From Fistulifera solaris (Eukaryota): a stretch of 64,000 bases of DNA. The translations under genes were made by a program, and so were the position numbers. The stretch lies in the NCBI GenBank assembly GCA_030295235.1, contig AP026162.1, positions 2,356,001 through 2,420,000 of the forward strand, read 5' to 3'. Under the pieces are notes generated by a model that did not search any database, had not been told where the DNA came from, and saw only the letters and a program-made list of their open reading frames with translations. Positions 36,073 to 48,452 of this stretch are shown here, one piece after another. Position 1 is the first letter of the stretch. Each line of letters starts with the position of its first letter.

Positions 36073-37236
36073 TCATGACGAGAGGAGAGACGGACTGTGC
36101 GTCACAGTTAAAGCCGAGCAATTGACAAAGTCGTGCAACAAAGGTGTGTAGCCCGTCAACCAACTTTGTGTCGCCTCCACTTGTTCCGGTCCGTAGGCTT
36201 GTAAGAATTGGGATTGTTTCGAAGTAGTGACGACGCCTTTGTGGAACGTTTGTGCGGCCCGGTGCAATTGACGAAAATCCGTCGGAAACAGTATATCACA
36301 GTGTTGATCGGCGTTGGGCGTTAAATAGCAAAGATGATCCCGATCGTTCATGTCGGTAATGATGGGCTCACCCGGAGCCCAAGTCGAGTGACGATGGTGA
36401 CTGTACAATCGATTGGGTTCGGGCAAATGATCAAAATCCATAATTAGCAATTGAGTAGCCGATGGATGTTCCAGAATCTGCTGCAATAAACGGAAGGCCA
36501 CGGCGGGGAACCATGTGACCGGTCTTCGGTGATGCCCGACGAACTGTGACACCATTTGCTGCAGTAAGGGATCCGTAAGAGGGACAAAAACTTCGTGCCG
36601 TGTTCCGTCTGCCATAGCATGGACTTCAGCTTGTTCGATGCTCTGTGAACCGGGTCGGAAGCGAATTTTGTCGTGCGGAAGGTTGTCGAGTACTTCCAGT
36701 GCTAATACAAACGTGGTAGTATCTGCTGTTACATCCGGAATCAACGCGGAGTTCTGCTCATTGGGCTGCTCGGCTACCTGCAATAGGTCCAGTTGACGAA
36801 AATTCATCTTGTCGTGATGCTCCTTCGCTACCGTTTCTTGTTGAAGTTCCAGCAACGTTGGAGAACTATCCACTAGTGTATATTGTATCAGTCGATCATA
36901 CACGTCCGGTGATCGTCGTTGCAGCGCTTGCAAAACGCCATTCGCATTCGTACCTCGACCTCCGCCCAGTTCGACAATTTGTAGCTTCTCAAAAGTCCCT
37001 GTATGATGCGCAATGAAATGAGCGATCGTATTCGAAAAGTACGGCTGAAAGAGTTCGACGGGTGTCAGCCATTGTCCAGCTGTTTGTCGATACAATCTTT
37101 GGTAGACATTCTGCCAATGCCATTCGCCCCAGAGGGATCGAAAATCAATGCGACGACTCGCCGCACCGACGACAGCCGCGGACGGTTGTGCGTAATACGC
37201 GGCCAGCTTTTCGGCAATGTAGTGTCGCACGAGCAT
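36073..37236 (-). CDS. NDUFAF7/MidA-like SAM-dependent methyltransferase
   Basis: WLTPVELFQPYFS, IVELGGGRGTNA, LALEVLDNLPHD and CDILFPTDF. Confidence 0.8.
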   Translation of the reverse strand: MLVRHYIAEKLAAYYAQPSAAVVGAASRRIDFRSLWGEWHWQNVYQRLYRQTAGQWLTPVELFQPYFSNTIAHFIAHHTGTFEKLQIVELGGGRGTNANGVLQALQRRSPDVYDRLIQYTLVDSSPTLLELQQETVAKEHHDKMNFRQLDLLQVAEQPNEQNSALIPDVTADTTTFVLALEVLDNLPHDKIRFRPGSQSIEQAEVHAMADGTRHEVFVPLTDPLLQQMVSQFVGHHRRPVTWFPAVAFRLLQQILEHPSATQLLIMDFDHLPEPNRLYSHHRHSTWAPGEPIITDMNDRDHLCYLTPNADQHCDILFPTDFRQLHRAAQTFHKGVVTTSKQSQFLQAYGPEQVEATQSWLTGYTPLLHDFVNCSALTVTHSPSLLSS

Positions 37237-38097
37237 GGTGTCTGTGTTTCCTATGAGTTATGGCGAGTCAACATGGTGAATAAAAGTATCATTGATTCGT
37301 CTAACTAGGCGCGTAATATTTGCCTTTGTTTATTGATGGCAAATACCGGTAAAAATAATAAATGGGGTGCGGATAGCAGCATTATGCGTAATGTCGCATT
37401 ACTACTCGAAGGACTATAAACAAAAAGAAGACGACTTTTCTCAACGACTTAATTGACTTTCAGTCCCGAAGTATTCTACTTTTATGAATCATAAAAACTT
37501 TCCTTGTCTAATGCTCTGCTTTTACGTGCCACTTTAGGTCCTCTGTTCATAATGATGAAAATAAATAACATTTGAGGCCTCCATACTGTGACTTTCGTTG
37601 TTTCGATGAAATGAAGGAAAATAATTGGCTTCAGTCACGTATATACTATGATATTAACTGTCGGACGAATTGCTGATTCAGTCCCGGAACAAACTGGAGC
37701 AAAATAGTGCGGGCGCGAGAACATTCTTTTTTGTCTGTTTGTTGTAAGGTTTGTTGATGCGACGGTTGTAATACTCTTTTCAACCTATTACCGAAACTTA
37801 TTGAGGAAAATGATTTTCGTGGATTCGCTTATAGAGCTCCTTACATCGGCAAATGTCGAATGACTGCTTTGCGGAACGGGGACCGACCGTGTAAAAGGAA
37901 TGACGGTGCGGATTTTTCAGGGACCAATGCAACACACTTTTTGAGAAAGGTCACCTTTCCTTCACCGAACAAAAGTGGATGTTCGGTTCTCTCAAAGAAC
38001 TACAAAATTCTTCGCCGGAAAAGATTCGTTGAATGCGAATATCGTTTGCGGTATCTTTCTAATTATCTTGTCGACAATTTACGAATAAAGACTCAAG

Positions 38098-38712
38098 ATG
38101 GAGTCTGTTGACACTCTTCATCAGAAAGGAAGACTTTACTGTCGTCAAATTGAAAAGTATTTGGAAAGCACCAGTGCGAACAACGATGACTTTGATCTTG
38201 GGGAGTGTCTGGAGAAGACCAAGAAAACGTTTCAACGAGGTATCGGCATGGCGTTTGAACAAGGATGCACATACTCGGGGGCAAATTTACGCCTGTCCTA
38301 TGCTTCTCTCCTTACTCGGGTGTGCAAGTCGGGACGCATATCCTCGGACGCGTATCAGGAGGAAGGATTGTCGATGCTGAACTGGATCATTACGCACGAA
38401 GGCGCAGTAGGACAAGACGTCGTAGCCAGGGCTCGCGCTGAAAAGCTGCAACTGGAAAATGCTGACCTTGTGCAGATTGTTCAGGCGATGAAGGTTGTTA
38501 CGGGATACGATTACGGCGGGCATTGGTCGGATCATTGGTACGAATGCCCCAATGGGCATCCGTATTTCATCGGCGAGTGCGGACGTGCTGCTTTTGAGTC
38601 GAACTGCATCGAGTGTGGGGCGCGGATCGGAGGACTTGGGCATAACCTACTTGAGACGAATCGCCCAGCGAACAGTTTAATATCCCGTGCTCGGGCCTCG
38701 ATTCCCAATTAG
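38098..38712 (+). CDS. Stand-alone RZ-type zinc-finger protein, homologous to the C-terminus of the adjacent ZNFX1-like gene
   Basis: 204-aa ORF with HWYECPNGHPYFIGECG....SNCIECGARIGG..H, collinear with the last ~210 aa of the 44223-45314 ORF. An in-frame TAA lies at 38086-38088 just upstream. Confidence 0.8.
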   Translation: MESVDTLHQKGRLYCRQIEKYLESTSANNDDFDLGECLEKTKKTFQRGIGMAFEQGCTYSGANLRLSYASLLTRVCKSGRISSDAYQEEGLSMLNWIITHEGAVGQDVVARARAEKLQLENADLVQIVQAMKVVTGYDYGGHWSDHWYECPNGHPYFIGECGRAAFESNCIECGARIGGLGHNLLETNRPANSLISRARASIPN

Positions 38713-39709
38713 TACGGAGTAGTTAACTGTGATGTTGATGGTATTCTACTTGATATTGTTCATTTGTAAAACGTCGTTTAACTCCAAAATAGAAGTAGTT
38801 TCATCAGAGTACGGTAATCTTTCGGGAGGTTGTCCGCTTATTAGAGAAACTCAAAGGACAGAGACTACCTTAGCTGAGATTCTAGGTTGATTATTATTTG
38901 AGTACCGATACGATACGAATGGCTTTGCGTTGCTTTGCGACTTTGCGACGCGAATGAATAAAACGCGAGACGCAAATAATGTAAATGAAGTCTTGATGTT
39001 GTGTTTCATAGTCTATATATTTTTAGCTGTATTCCCGATTCGAGCTGTTGACGTTGAATGAATAGCTCGATTTTTCGAAAGACTTAATTCGTTCTAATTG
39101 CCTATCTTCGCAGTGCAAAGAGAGCGTTTTTTATACGAGCCAATCTGAATCAGCCTAGCTTTCGTTGTTGTCTGTTCGGTTGGCAATCTAGGCAGGAAGC
39201 GAGTGACGCGAACATGAACCACGCCAGAACACACATAAAATAATGAGTACAGTTCGCACAAAAACGTTCGGCAAATTTTCGTGGACCAATCAGAAGTGAA
39301 CAAATGATATGCTGAAAGATCTTCACCTAAAAACTACACGGAGCATTCGGGGCCAGCAAGATCTTTTCTCTTTTTCGCCAAGATGTAAAGGCGACCGACG
39401 TACTCGGCACGTTGAACGCTCTGCCGCATATTCATTTCATTCGGATTTCGTTTCAATGAAATCTCAAAGGAGACAGCAACGCACGAAAAAACGTGTCTAA
39501 ATCGAGTCTACGCTATCTCATTACAAAGCTTAATTGGGCTCTCTGGCACGAGTCTATCCAATCTTTTCAGTCAAAGAGTAAACAAGGTAAACAGCTGAGC
39601 CGTCTCACGTTTGGTTTCGATTCGTGGTGGAACTGAGCTCAGTTTTCTTTTTCCACTCTTGCTCAGCATTCCATCTGCGAAGAAGCGTCCACTGACGGCG
39701 AAGGACGCC

Positions 39710-42700
39710 ATGGGAAAGAAGCATTGTGGCGGGCGTGGGCGCGGGTCCTCGAATGGTGGCAGACAAGGGGGCAGGACTTCAACCGCATCACGCACACAGT
39801 TTTCCGGTGATATGTCGTATCGTCGTAGAAGGTTTTTCGATGCTCTAGTCAAAAAGAAACAGCTACTTTCGAGGGGAAAACTCAAGTGTTACGTTTTATT
39901 GAAGGAATGGAGAGCTTCTCTTCCAAAGCTGAATTGATGGACAAGATCGAAGATCGTCGGGACCATGGCATGAAGCGTATTCGTGAAATGTTAAGCTACT
40001 TGAATTCCATTGAAGATGTCGATCAAATTCTCGTCCGCATACTTCGCTTGTTTCTCGATAAAGAGCTTGACAAGCCTATGTATCTGCCCAAACGCAACAA
40101 GATTCTCATGGCGATCTATATCTCCCCATGTTTGATGGAGACACTCGTTGCACGAGATGCCGCCTCACAGCTTCATCAAGAAGCCGCGGAATATCTTTGT
40201 CTATTCCTGCAAGAAATCTCCAAAGCTTTCATGGAGGCCAGGAAGTCTGAGTACGTCACGACGATGGCAAAGTCTTTACGAAGTCGCGGTGAGGGTAGAT
40301 GCTGCGACCCTTTGTGCAATCCTACTGGTGGATGAACAGGTCGCCATCGACGAGAATGCTTTGTACTTAAAGACTACGAATGATAAGACATCGGTTTGCT
40401 GGGTTACAGACAACATTCCGCCAGGAGGAAGACACGACAACGACGAGCGGAGTTTCCGTGACATTCAAATTCTCCCGACGACAGATGAGCTTTGTTGCGA
40501 GGCTAAACCATGGCTGCCTTTACGTGACCAAAATGCGATCATTAATGATCCTGCGACGCGCTTGCTAGACAAGCATTTTCGTCTTTTAAGAGAAGATGCT
40601 ATATCCACTATCAAGGAAAATATTGAGCAACAAACGCGGTCGTGGAAAAATGCCAGAATTGTTGATTTGGACTTCACAGGCTTCGGAAAGAGCAAGCTAT
40701 TTACCTTTCTGGTCCAGCTTGATTCTCGTCCTGGAGGCAACCCCAAGTGGGAAATTTCCCGTGCACTCATGCAAGGGTCCGTTGTCGCTTTGTGTATAGA
40801 CGGAGCACCTCATCTGATGGGCAGAATCTCCCATCGAGATCATGAGACTCGTGGCGCCTGGCTCAAAGATCCTCAAGGCCCTATTGTGGGTGTGTTCTTC
40901 GAGCCACACACGAAAGACTTCCAAAACGCGTTGATTGATGTTTTGAAGAATCTTCCTTATAGTAAGCACGAGTCTAACGAAATCATGCAGGAGGAGCCAA
41001 CTAGATCGAAACAGAAAAAGAGCAGTGGAAAGGATCAGAAGAACGATGGTGGAAATAAGGGAAAGCCGAAAAGAAGGGCGGCGGAGCGAACCATCAGAGT
41101 GACTGCGCATCATCCAAAACTTTCCATGAGTTGCAGAAGTACGACTTGGTCGAAGCGTCATCTTCCTTTTTCACCTATCAACCGATACTTGCTTCGCTTC
41201 AATCAAAATATTCACTACCATTTCTGGAAGAGCTTTGTAGCTCTTCTTCGCTGAGAATTTCTCACCCTCCCAACTATCTTCCGGATACGCTTTGCATGCC
41301 AAAGGGAAAAAGTTTTAATGGATATTGTTGCAGCATATCTTCGTGGTCGTCTGCTGATCTTGTAAGCAACACGAGCTTGGATTCAAGTCAAGCAGATGCT
41401 CTTCACCATGCATTCACGTCACGAGTCTCGCTTATACAAGGTCCGCCAGGAACAGGAAAGACTTTTATCGGGGCTTTGATTGCTCGCATGATTCGGGAGA
41501 ATACGAATCAATCCATTCTTTGCATCTGCTTTACTAATCATGCTCTGGATCAATTCCTTGAACACATGCTCGACGCAGGAGAGACTAGTATAGTTCGTTT
41601 GGGAGGAAGATCGAAATCCGAAAGATTGAGAGGATACGGTCTTCGCGATTTGGTTCACAGCAAGGCACAGAAAACCAACTTTTCTCGGATGAAACAAATC
41701 GATGGCCAGCTTCATTCTCAACGTGAACAAATCCAGCAGTGTATCAAGACGCTAAAGACCCAGATTAGTTGGCAAAGTCCCCTTGGAGGTATTCAACGAT
41801 TCCTGCAAGACGAATATCCCGATGAATATGAATGTTTTCCTGACATGTCGGAAGACGCAGATGGGTTCAAGACGGCGGGGAAGAAAGGGAAGGCATTCTA
41901 AAGGGACGAGCTCTGGATACGATGGATCAAGGGAGAAGCGTTTCCTGACTTTTTGCGAGACAGGCTTAACCCATTTGGGCCCGATATGTTCGAGGACTTC
42001 TGGGCTATGCCTCACAACGCTCGACTGGATCTTGTAGATGCATGGAAGAGTGATATGTTTGCGGAAACGGTCGAAAAATTGAAGGATGCTTTGACTGACT
42101 ACAGTGACTTGGTGCGCGAGCGGGATGCGCTAAAACAGACAGAAGACTTACAGATTCTAAAAAGTGCTCGAGTCATTGGCGCCACGACCACCGGTGCGGC
42201 CAATTTCAAGGATTTGCTAGCTTCGAAAGCGGCCGGGGTCATCATTATTGAAGAAGCAGGCGAAGTTCTTGAAAGTCACGTACTGTCGGCTCTACATGCG
42301 AACTCGACAAAGCACTTAATTATGATCGGCGATCACAAACAACTGCGTCCGAAAGTTGAAAATTATTCCCTTTCGACTGTATCAGGGCACGGCTATGATC
42401 TTGATTGTTCACTCTTTGAACGGCTTGTTTTGTCGAATCTACCTTCTGCGACACTCAACGTTCAACATAGAATGCGTCCCGAGATATCACAGTTTATACG
42501 GTCTCAGACATATCCGCAGCTACAGGATCACAGTTCGGTTCGTGAGTTTCCCCACGTGAAAGGCGTCACGCAAGACGTAGTCTTTATTAATCATACGGTC
42601 CTGGAGGACGGGGCTAGCGCGAAAGACGATGATTTGGGGAAGACTAAGTCGAATACCCACGAAGCCGAATTGTGTGTCGAGATCGTTCGATTCTTTCTGT

Positions 42701-45314
42701 TGCAGGGTTATGCACCTAGTCGAATTGCCATCTTGACACCATATCTTGGACAGCTGATGAAAATACTGAGCTTGGTGAGAAGTAGTCTCCGTGAAGCAAT
42801 AGCGTGTGTTAGTGAACAAGACCAGCGCGACCTTGAGGACATCGGAGACGAGAATGAACCTGTGAATGACGAAGTCTCTGATAGAAGTGTCAGGTGCTCC
42901 ACGGTCGATAATTTTCAAGGAGAAGAAGCTGATCTTATTGTCATCTCACTTGTAAGATCCAATAATCTTGGAAACGTCGGTTTTCTCAAGGAGCCACAAC
43001 GAGTGAACGTTCTCATGTCTCGTGCGAAGCATGGAATGTTCATTGTTGGCAACGCTTCCGCTTTGCGAAATTCGAAAGCGGCGAAGAAGGTATGGGATCC
43101 CATTCTCGACCGGTTAGAGTCGGAAGGAAGGCTACTACCGGGACTTCCTACTTACTGCTCGCTCCACCCCGATGACGATCCCATTGTTCTCTCGAAAATG
43201 GAAGATTGGAGAACATGCAGACCGAATGGTGGTTGCAGCAGGCCGTGCCACTTTCGTATGGAATGCGGTCATGAGTGCACTTCCAGCTGTCATCCAAACG
43301 ACAAGGACCACAAACTGCTTCAACGGAACTGCTGCAAACCTTGCAAGCGAGTACCATCGGAATGTCCGTTCGGTCACCAGTGTAACAAGTTGTGTAAGGA
43401 AGATTGCGGCACATGCGACGTTAATGTCGGCAACGTACGCTTGAACTGTGGCCACTCGATGGACAACGTTCGGTGTCACCAAGTTTGCAACGACAAACAA
43501 GTCGAGACGTTGACGAAGCTTTGTATGCATCCTGTGTCACACGTCTTTACTGCCTGTGGCCATACAGCTCAAACTAGTTGCGGAAACGCCAATCGTCCAA
43601 GCCCTGTATGTCCCTTAAAATGTGGTAAAGCGATCGAGCTCTGCGGTCACCCCTGTACGCGGGATTGTGGTTCCTGTGAAGGTGATCACTTCTGCGAACT
43701 GAAATGCGAGCGCGTTTTGTTTTGTGGTCATTTATGCGGACGTCAGTGTCACGGCAGCGAAGAATGCCCTCCTTGTTTTGAACGGTGTGCAGTAAAATGT
43801 AGCCATTCGGGTTGTCCAAAGAAATGCCACGCACCGGTGAGTCCACCACGTTTCCCAATGTCTATCTTGTGTTATCGTGTGTCTTACGTTAGTCGGAACA
43901 GTGTGCTTCATGTGTAGAGGACTGTGAATGGGAATGTGAACACCAAGGCCGTTGTGATGTTGTTTGTGGCGCTCCTTGTACAAGGCTGCCATGTGATAAG
44001 GTAAGAGTAACGTTCGCACCAAATGATGGCATGCGTTCAACCCATACTGAAGCTCTGTGTCGTTCTTATTCTAGCGTTGCCAGAAGAAGCTTGAATGTGG
44101 ACACATTTGCCCGTCGGTCTGCGGTGAACCATGCCCCTCGAAGAAATACTGCCAAGAATGCGGAGAAGATTGGGTCAAGTCTCATGTCCTCGATGTGATT
44201 TTACTTCAAAACTACAGAGACCATGACGTGGATGATGACCCTATCGTTGTTCTCCCCCTGCGGTCATTTCTACGCAAGTAGCACAATGGATGGGCATCTG
44301 GCGATGTCCGAGGTGTACGAGAAGTGCCAGCGAACCGGCAAGTTCATCGGATTGAAGAGTCTCATGGATGCCAACGTCAATGAAAAGCCGGCTGTTTGTC
44401 CGGACTGTCGATCAATAATTCACTCGGTACGGCTATATGGGCGGTTCCTCAACTTGAAAGGGTTGAGGAGCTTAGAGCGCAAGCACATGTTTCTTGTTCG
44501 GAACAAATTGGCAGGTCTACATCGTATTCGCGAGGAAGGTACAACGCACGATGAATCAAAGTTTTTGAAACAGTTGCGTGAGCTTGAGAAGACAATTATG
44601 AACAGTCCTATGAGAAAAGTGAAGAATGCGTGTTTGTCGTCTGCTCATTCGATGGAAGTGCCTTCGCCTCCAGTCATCCCGCTGCTGGGAACATTGGAGC
44701 TTAGAGGACAAGTGTATTCCGATCAGATAGAAAAACTATTGAAAGTGGACCGCGCAATTGCTGCAGATGAAGTGAAGAATAAAGCGATGGATATGGTCCA
44801 GGAATGTTTCGAGCTGGCAGCAGAGACGTATCGAAGAGGAATTGCGATTGCGGATGGATCCGAAAGCAAGAGATCTGGTGCTACCTTGCGACTGGCGTTT
44901 GCTTCGCTCCTTTGCGGAGTCTCCAGGTCGCGTCGTATTCCTGGAGATGGATTGAAAGAGGAAGCAGACGCAATGATGGATTGGATCGTTGCGAACGAAG
45001 CCGTTCTCGGAAATGAACTTGTGACCAGGGCCCGCAGAATGAAGCAAGATTTCGATAACCGCGACATCCTCGAGGTTGTAATGGCGATGAAAGTCGAAGG
45101 AGGTTATGACTTTGGCGGAAGTTGGTCCAGCCACTGGTTTGAATGTCCCAACGGGCACCCCTATTTCATTGGAAATTGCGGAGGCGCCATGCAGGAATCC
45201 AACTGTCTCGAGTGCGGTGCCCGAGTTGGAGGAACTAGCCACAATCTCATTGCATCAAACCGCCGAGCGAATGGTTTAATAGCGCAAATTAGAGCTGCCG
45301 CACCGCAGCTTTAA
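39710..45314 (+). CDS. ZNFX1: ZNFX1-like protein: UPF1-like SF1 RNA helicase, NF-X1 zinc fingers, RING-like region and RZ finger (2 introns, several frameshifts)
   Basis: PGGRHDND..FRDIQILPTTDEL, LLDKHFRLLRED, LIQGPPGTGKT, CFTNHALDQFLE, IIEEAGEVLESH, IGDHKQLRPKV, SLFERL, QHRMRPEIS, TVDNFQGEEAD and RVNVLMSRAKHG. These are followed by CGH.C repeats, CGHFY..CPDCR and the C-terminal HWFECPNGHPYFIGNCGGAMQESNCLECGARVGG. Confidence 0.92.
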
Positions 45315-45655
45315 ACGTAATACTTCTTAGTCTTCGACATTTGTAGTCTACGTGAGAACCTTCTGGGCTTGCTCCTTTTGATTTTATTGTTGAGTCTAAG
45401 ATGTAAATACGATTTACGTAGTCTATTGCCTTCATTCTGCTTCGCGTCGCATTCATGAAATGCCTGTCCGTCACCCGGTATTTTTTGAACCGCGGAAACA
45501 GCGTCAGAAAATTGCGACAAAAATGAAGAAGAAAAAATAATAATATAGAGAGACCGCTTATCTTGTCAATTAGAACGAATTAGGCAATAGAGGCTGCTCT
45601 TTTAGAAGAAGAAACAGATTGATAGCTTCTCGCCTGTGCGGTTCTGTTATTTAGA

Positions 45656-48436
45656 ATGAAGTGGCGAGAACGGAGGAGGAGCCTCTGCTGTAGGCTCCTT
45701 TTGATGTTTTCTCTCCTTCCCACAATGCACTCCTTTGTCGCCTTGCAGCGTTCGCAGCAGCGCGCTCTCTTGCATCCTTTGCATGGCATTCGAGGTTTTC
45801 GCACATGGCTGGAATCTACATATCCCGACGCAATTTATCCGATCCGTCGAAATCAAGACCAGGAGAACTTCGATCACGTTTTGATCGATCTGAATCAATT
45901 CTTACACATTATTGTTCGAAACAGTCGATCCGACGAACACGCCTTGTTATTACTGATGAAAGAATTAGATTTGCTAATACAAATGGCGACTCCGACTAAG
46001 TCGCTGGTCTTGGCCATTGACGGACCTCCCAGTGCCGCGAAGTTAGCCACACAACGGCAACGCCGTCTCGAGAAAATTATCAAAGTAGAACGAACCTTGA
46101 AGCGACTCAAACAACGTCCCCTTCGCGTCGCTCGCCGAAAGCGTTCCATTTTAGGGGATACGCGCGTACTGGCCTTGACGCCCTCCACAAAATTCATGAA
46201 ATCCGTAGAGCAGGCCTTGTTGTACTGGACGTGGCAACGATTGAGCAATCGCAATTCGTGTTTACCAGAGGGCGTTCATGTATATATTAGCCCGAGTTCC
46301 GCACCTGGAGAAGGAGAAGTTAAATTATTGGAATGGTTGTATCGACATGCGTCTCAACCTCATCAAATCAACGAGTCCGTGGCTTTGTTGGGAGGTGATG
46401 CCGATTTAGTAGTCGAAGGGCTGATGCTGAATCGACCCAATGTGTTTTGTTTACTACCGCATGTGAAGAAACAATTTTCCTGTGTGAGTGTGTGGCAGCT
46501 TACGCGTGATCTAGCGCGAAAAACGGGAGTACAATATGCCGACGAGCTGCCGCAGCGAAGACTCGATTGGGTCTTATTGATTCTGTTGAATGGGAATGAC
46601 TATGTCAACAAATTGCGTGGATCGAGTGGCTTCAATCGTTTAATGAAGGCGTACAGCAAAGTCCTGCGTCATTATCCCAATGGCGGTCTGGTAGTCATAG
46701 AGTCGCTGGACTTTCAGCTAGATTTTTGCATCGAGTTCTTTCAAGAATTATCACGAAATTTGCAGCCCTTTAGCGAAACATCTGCTGATGAATGTGATAC
46801 CTGCTTAAGCAAACTATATCAATTCGCGGCGACAGGCTATCTACCACAGCCGGTCAATTTCGAGATCAAGTTGGACGTCATCGATGAAAACAATGGAGTG
46901 AATACAAATAAAGAGGACGACGACGAAGCTTTCGATTACGAAGCTAATTCTCTTTTTCTTGGACTAGACGAGGAGGACGACGTTTCAGAAACCGGATTCG
47001 ATATTGGATACGATGAAAGCGACGAAAATGATACCACTGGCAAGAATGAGTTAGTGTTGCAATTGGGGGATCCTGCCTCGGATGATTATTATGAATTCTC
47101 GGCATGGGTCCCTCAAGGACATAAGTTGAAGGGGGCTAAACAACGACTGGCCTCCGTAGCTTTACGGGAGCTTTTGGTCACTGATGAGATAGAATTTGTG
47201 CTGGATGACATGAAAGTAAGAGGGAAAATGATTGAATGTGATGTGCCCTTATATTTGTACGGGCTCCTGTGGACACTACAAACTTATCAAGACGGCGCAT
47301 GTGCGGACTATGGATTCCAGTATGGCGACCGTCGCTTGGCACCGTCAGCAAAAGATTTAGTGGAATACTTCGAGCAAGCGAAAGCGGCCGGTCGGTCCAT
47401 TGGTATCTCTTCTCTCCGCAATGGCTATACACCGCCTGTTGCAGCTGGAATCGCTTGCTTGGCAGCCTTGCCCTTGCAAGCAAAAGAGTATATTGCGGAG
47501 CCGTACAAGTACCTCGATGATGAATTTGTGGAATCTACTTTTCAAAGCTGCGTAAACGAAACTTCGCTTACTTTTAATATGAAATTGTTTGCGCACCTCT
47601 GCAATGACGAAGTTAAAAAGCGCGCTCTTTCGGATGATCGATTCCATATTTCTGAACCAAAAGCACACTCTACCAACTCATTAGGGAGGGAACGGCAGAT
47701 AACAATGGGTGACGATTCCTGGACTGTGCTGACAAAAAGGGATGAAAGCCTAGTGCATCCATTTCAACCACCAGAACCTTTCTTGGATCGTCTATCGGAG
47801 TTATGGCACAACAATTATATCCAAGCGCAAAGAGTCAATGCAACCTCTTCGCCACGACCTCGCTCCGTATGGAACGAGGCAACAACTCAGGACCACCAAA
47901 GTGTTGCAAGTAAGGATCGTACAGCGAATCGTCGTGAAAACACGGATGCACCCAATTTATCTAAAGTCGGAAATGGCACACTTATTGAAGATGTCATCTA
48001 CGGCGAGGCTTACCAAAAGCCAGTGAAAATAGCTAAGGCCATAAGGAAAAGTGCTACGTCTCGAAACGACAAAACCCCGAACATAAGAGATACAAGTGCC
48101 CCGATTTCTTTAAGAGACGGGGTGACAGCGTTAGCGTGTTTGAAGCAGTTAGAAGATAAGCGCTTCATCGGTAAAATAGATTGGTCTGCAAAGCCTATTC
48201 TAGGCAACGACGCCTTAATCGAAGAGAGCTGGACACTTGTCATCGATAAGGGAGGATGTCTGAATGACAAAGCTGTGTTTCAAGGCGTACGGGAACCAAA
48301 AATGACAAAACAGTCTGTAAAGCAAGAATTATCGAGCCAAGCCCTTACTCACATACTAGGAAATGTAAATTGGGCCAACTTATCTTACCAGGAAATCCGA
48401 AGTTTGATTAAGACAAAGATGTCTGTAACTGAGTGA
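45656..48436 (+). CDS. XRN-family 5'-3' exoribonuclease-like protein with N-terminal targeting peptide
   Basis: GIRGFRTWL, FDHVLIDLNQFLH, LAIDGPPSAAKLATQRQRR, LTPSTKFM, PGEGEVKL, GGDADL, GNDY and YLYGLLWTLQTY..LAPS. A hydrophobic leader precedes the XRN start. Confidence 0.85.
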   Translation: MKWRERRRSLCCRLLLMFSLLPTMHSFVALQRSQQRALLHPLHGIRGFRTWLESTYPDAIYPIRRNQDQENFDHVLIDLNQFLHIIVRNSRSDEHALLLLMKELDLLIQMATPTKSLVLAIDGPPSAAKLATQRQRRLEKIIKVERTLKRLKQRPLRVARRKRSILGDTRVLALTPSTKFMKSVEQALLYWTWQRLSNRNSCLPEGVHVYISPSSAPGEGEVKLLEWLYRHASQPHQINESVALLGGDADLVVEGLMLNRPNVFCLLPHVKKQFSCVSVWQLTRDLARKTGVQYADELPQRRLDWVLLILLNGNDYVNKLRGSSGFNRLMKAYSKVLRHYPNGGLVVIESLDFQLDFCIEFFQELSRNLQPFSETSADECDTCLSKLYQFAATGYLPQPVNFEIKLDVIDENNGVNTNKEDDDEAFDYEANSLFLGLDEEDDVSETGFDIGYDESDENDTTGKNELVLQLGDPASDDYYEFSAWVPQGHKLKGAKQRLASVALRELLVTDEIEFVLDDMKVRGKMIECDVPLYLYGLLWTLQTYQDGACADYGFQYGDRRLAPSAKDLVEYFEQAKAAGRSIGISSLRNGYTPPVAAGIACLAALPLQAKEYIAEPYKYLDDEFVESTFQSCVNETSLTFNMKLFAHLCNDEVKKRALSDDRFHISEPKAHSTNSLGRERQITMGDDSWTVLTKRDESLVHPFQPPEPFLDRLSELWHNNYIQAQRVNATSSPRPRSVWNEATTQDHQSVASKDRTANRRENTDAPNLSKVGNGTLIEDVIYGEAYQKPVKIAKAIRKSATSRNDKTPNIRDTSAPISLRDGVTALACLKQLEDKRFIGKIDWSAKPILGNDALIEESWTLVIDKGGCLNDKAVFQGVREPKMTKQSVKQELSSQALTHILGNVNWANLSYQEIRSLIKTKMSVTE

Positions 48437-48452
48437 AAGGTCCGTCAAGACG

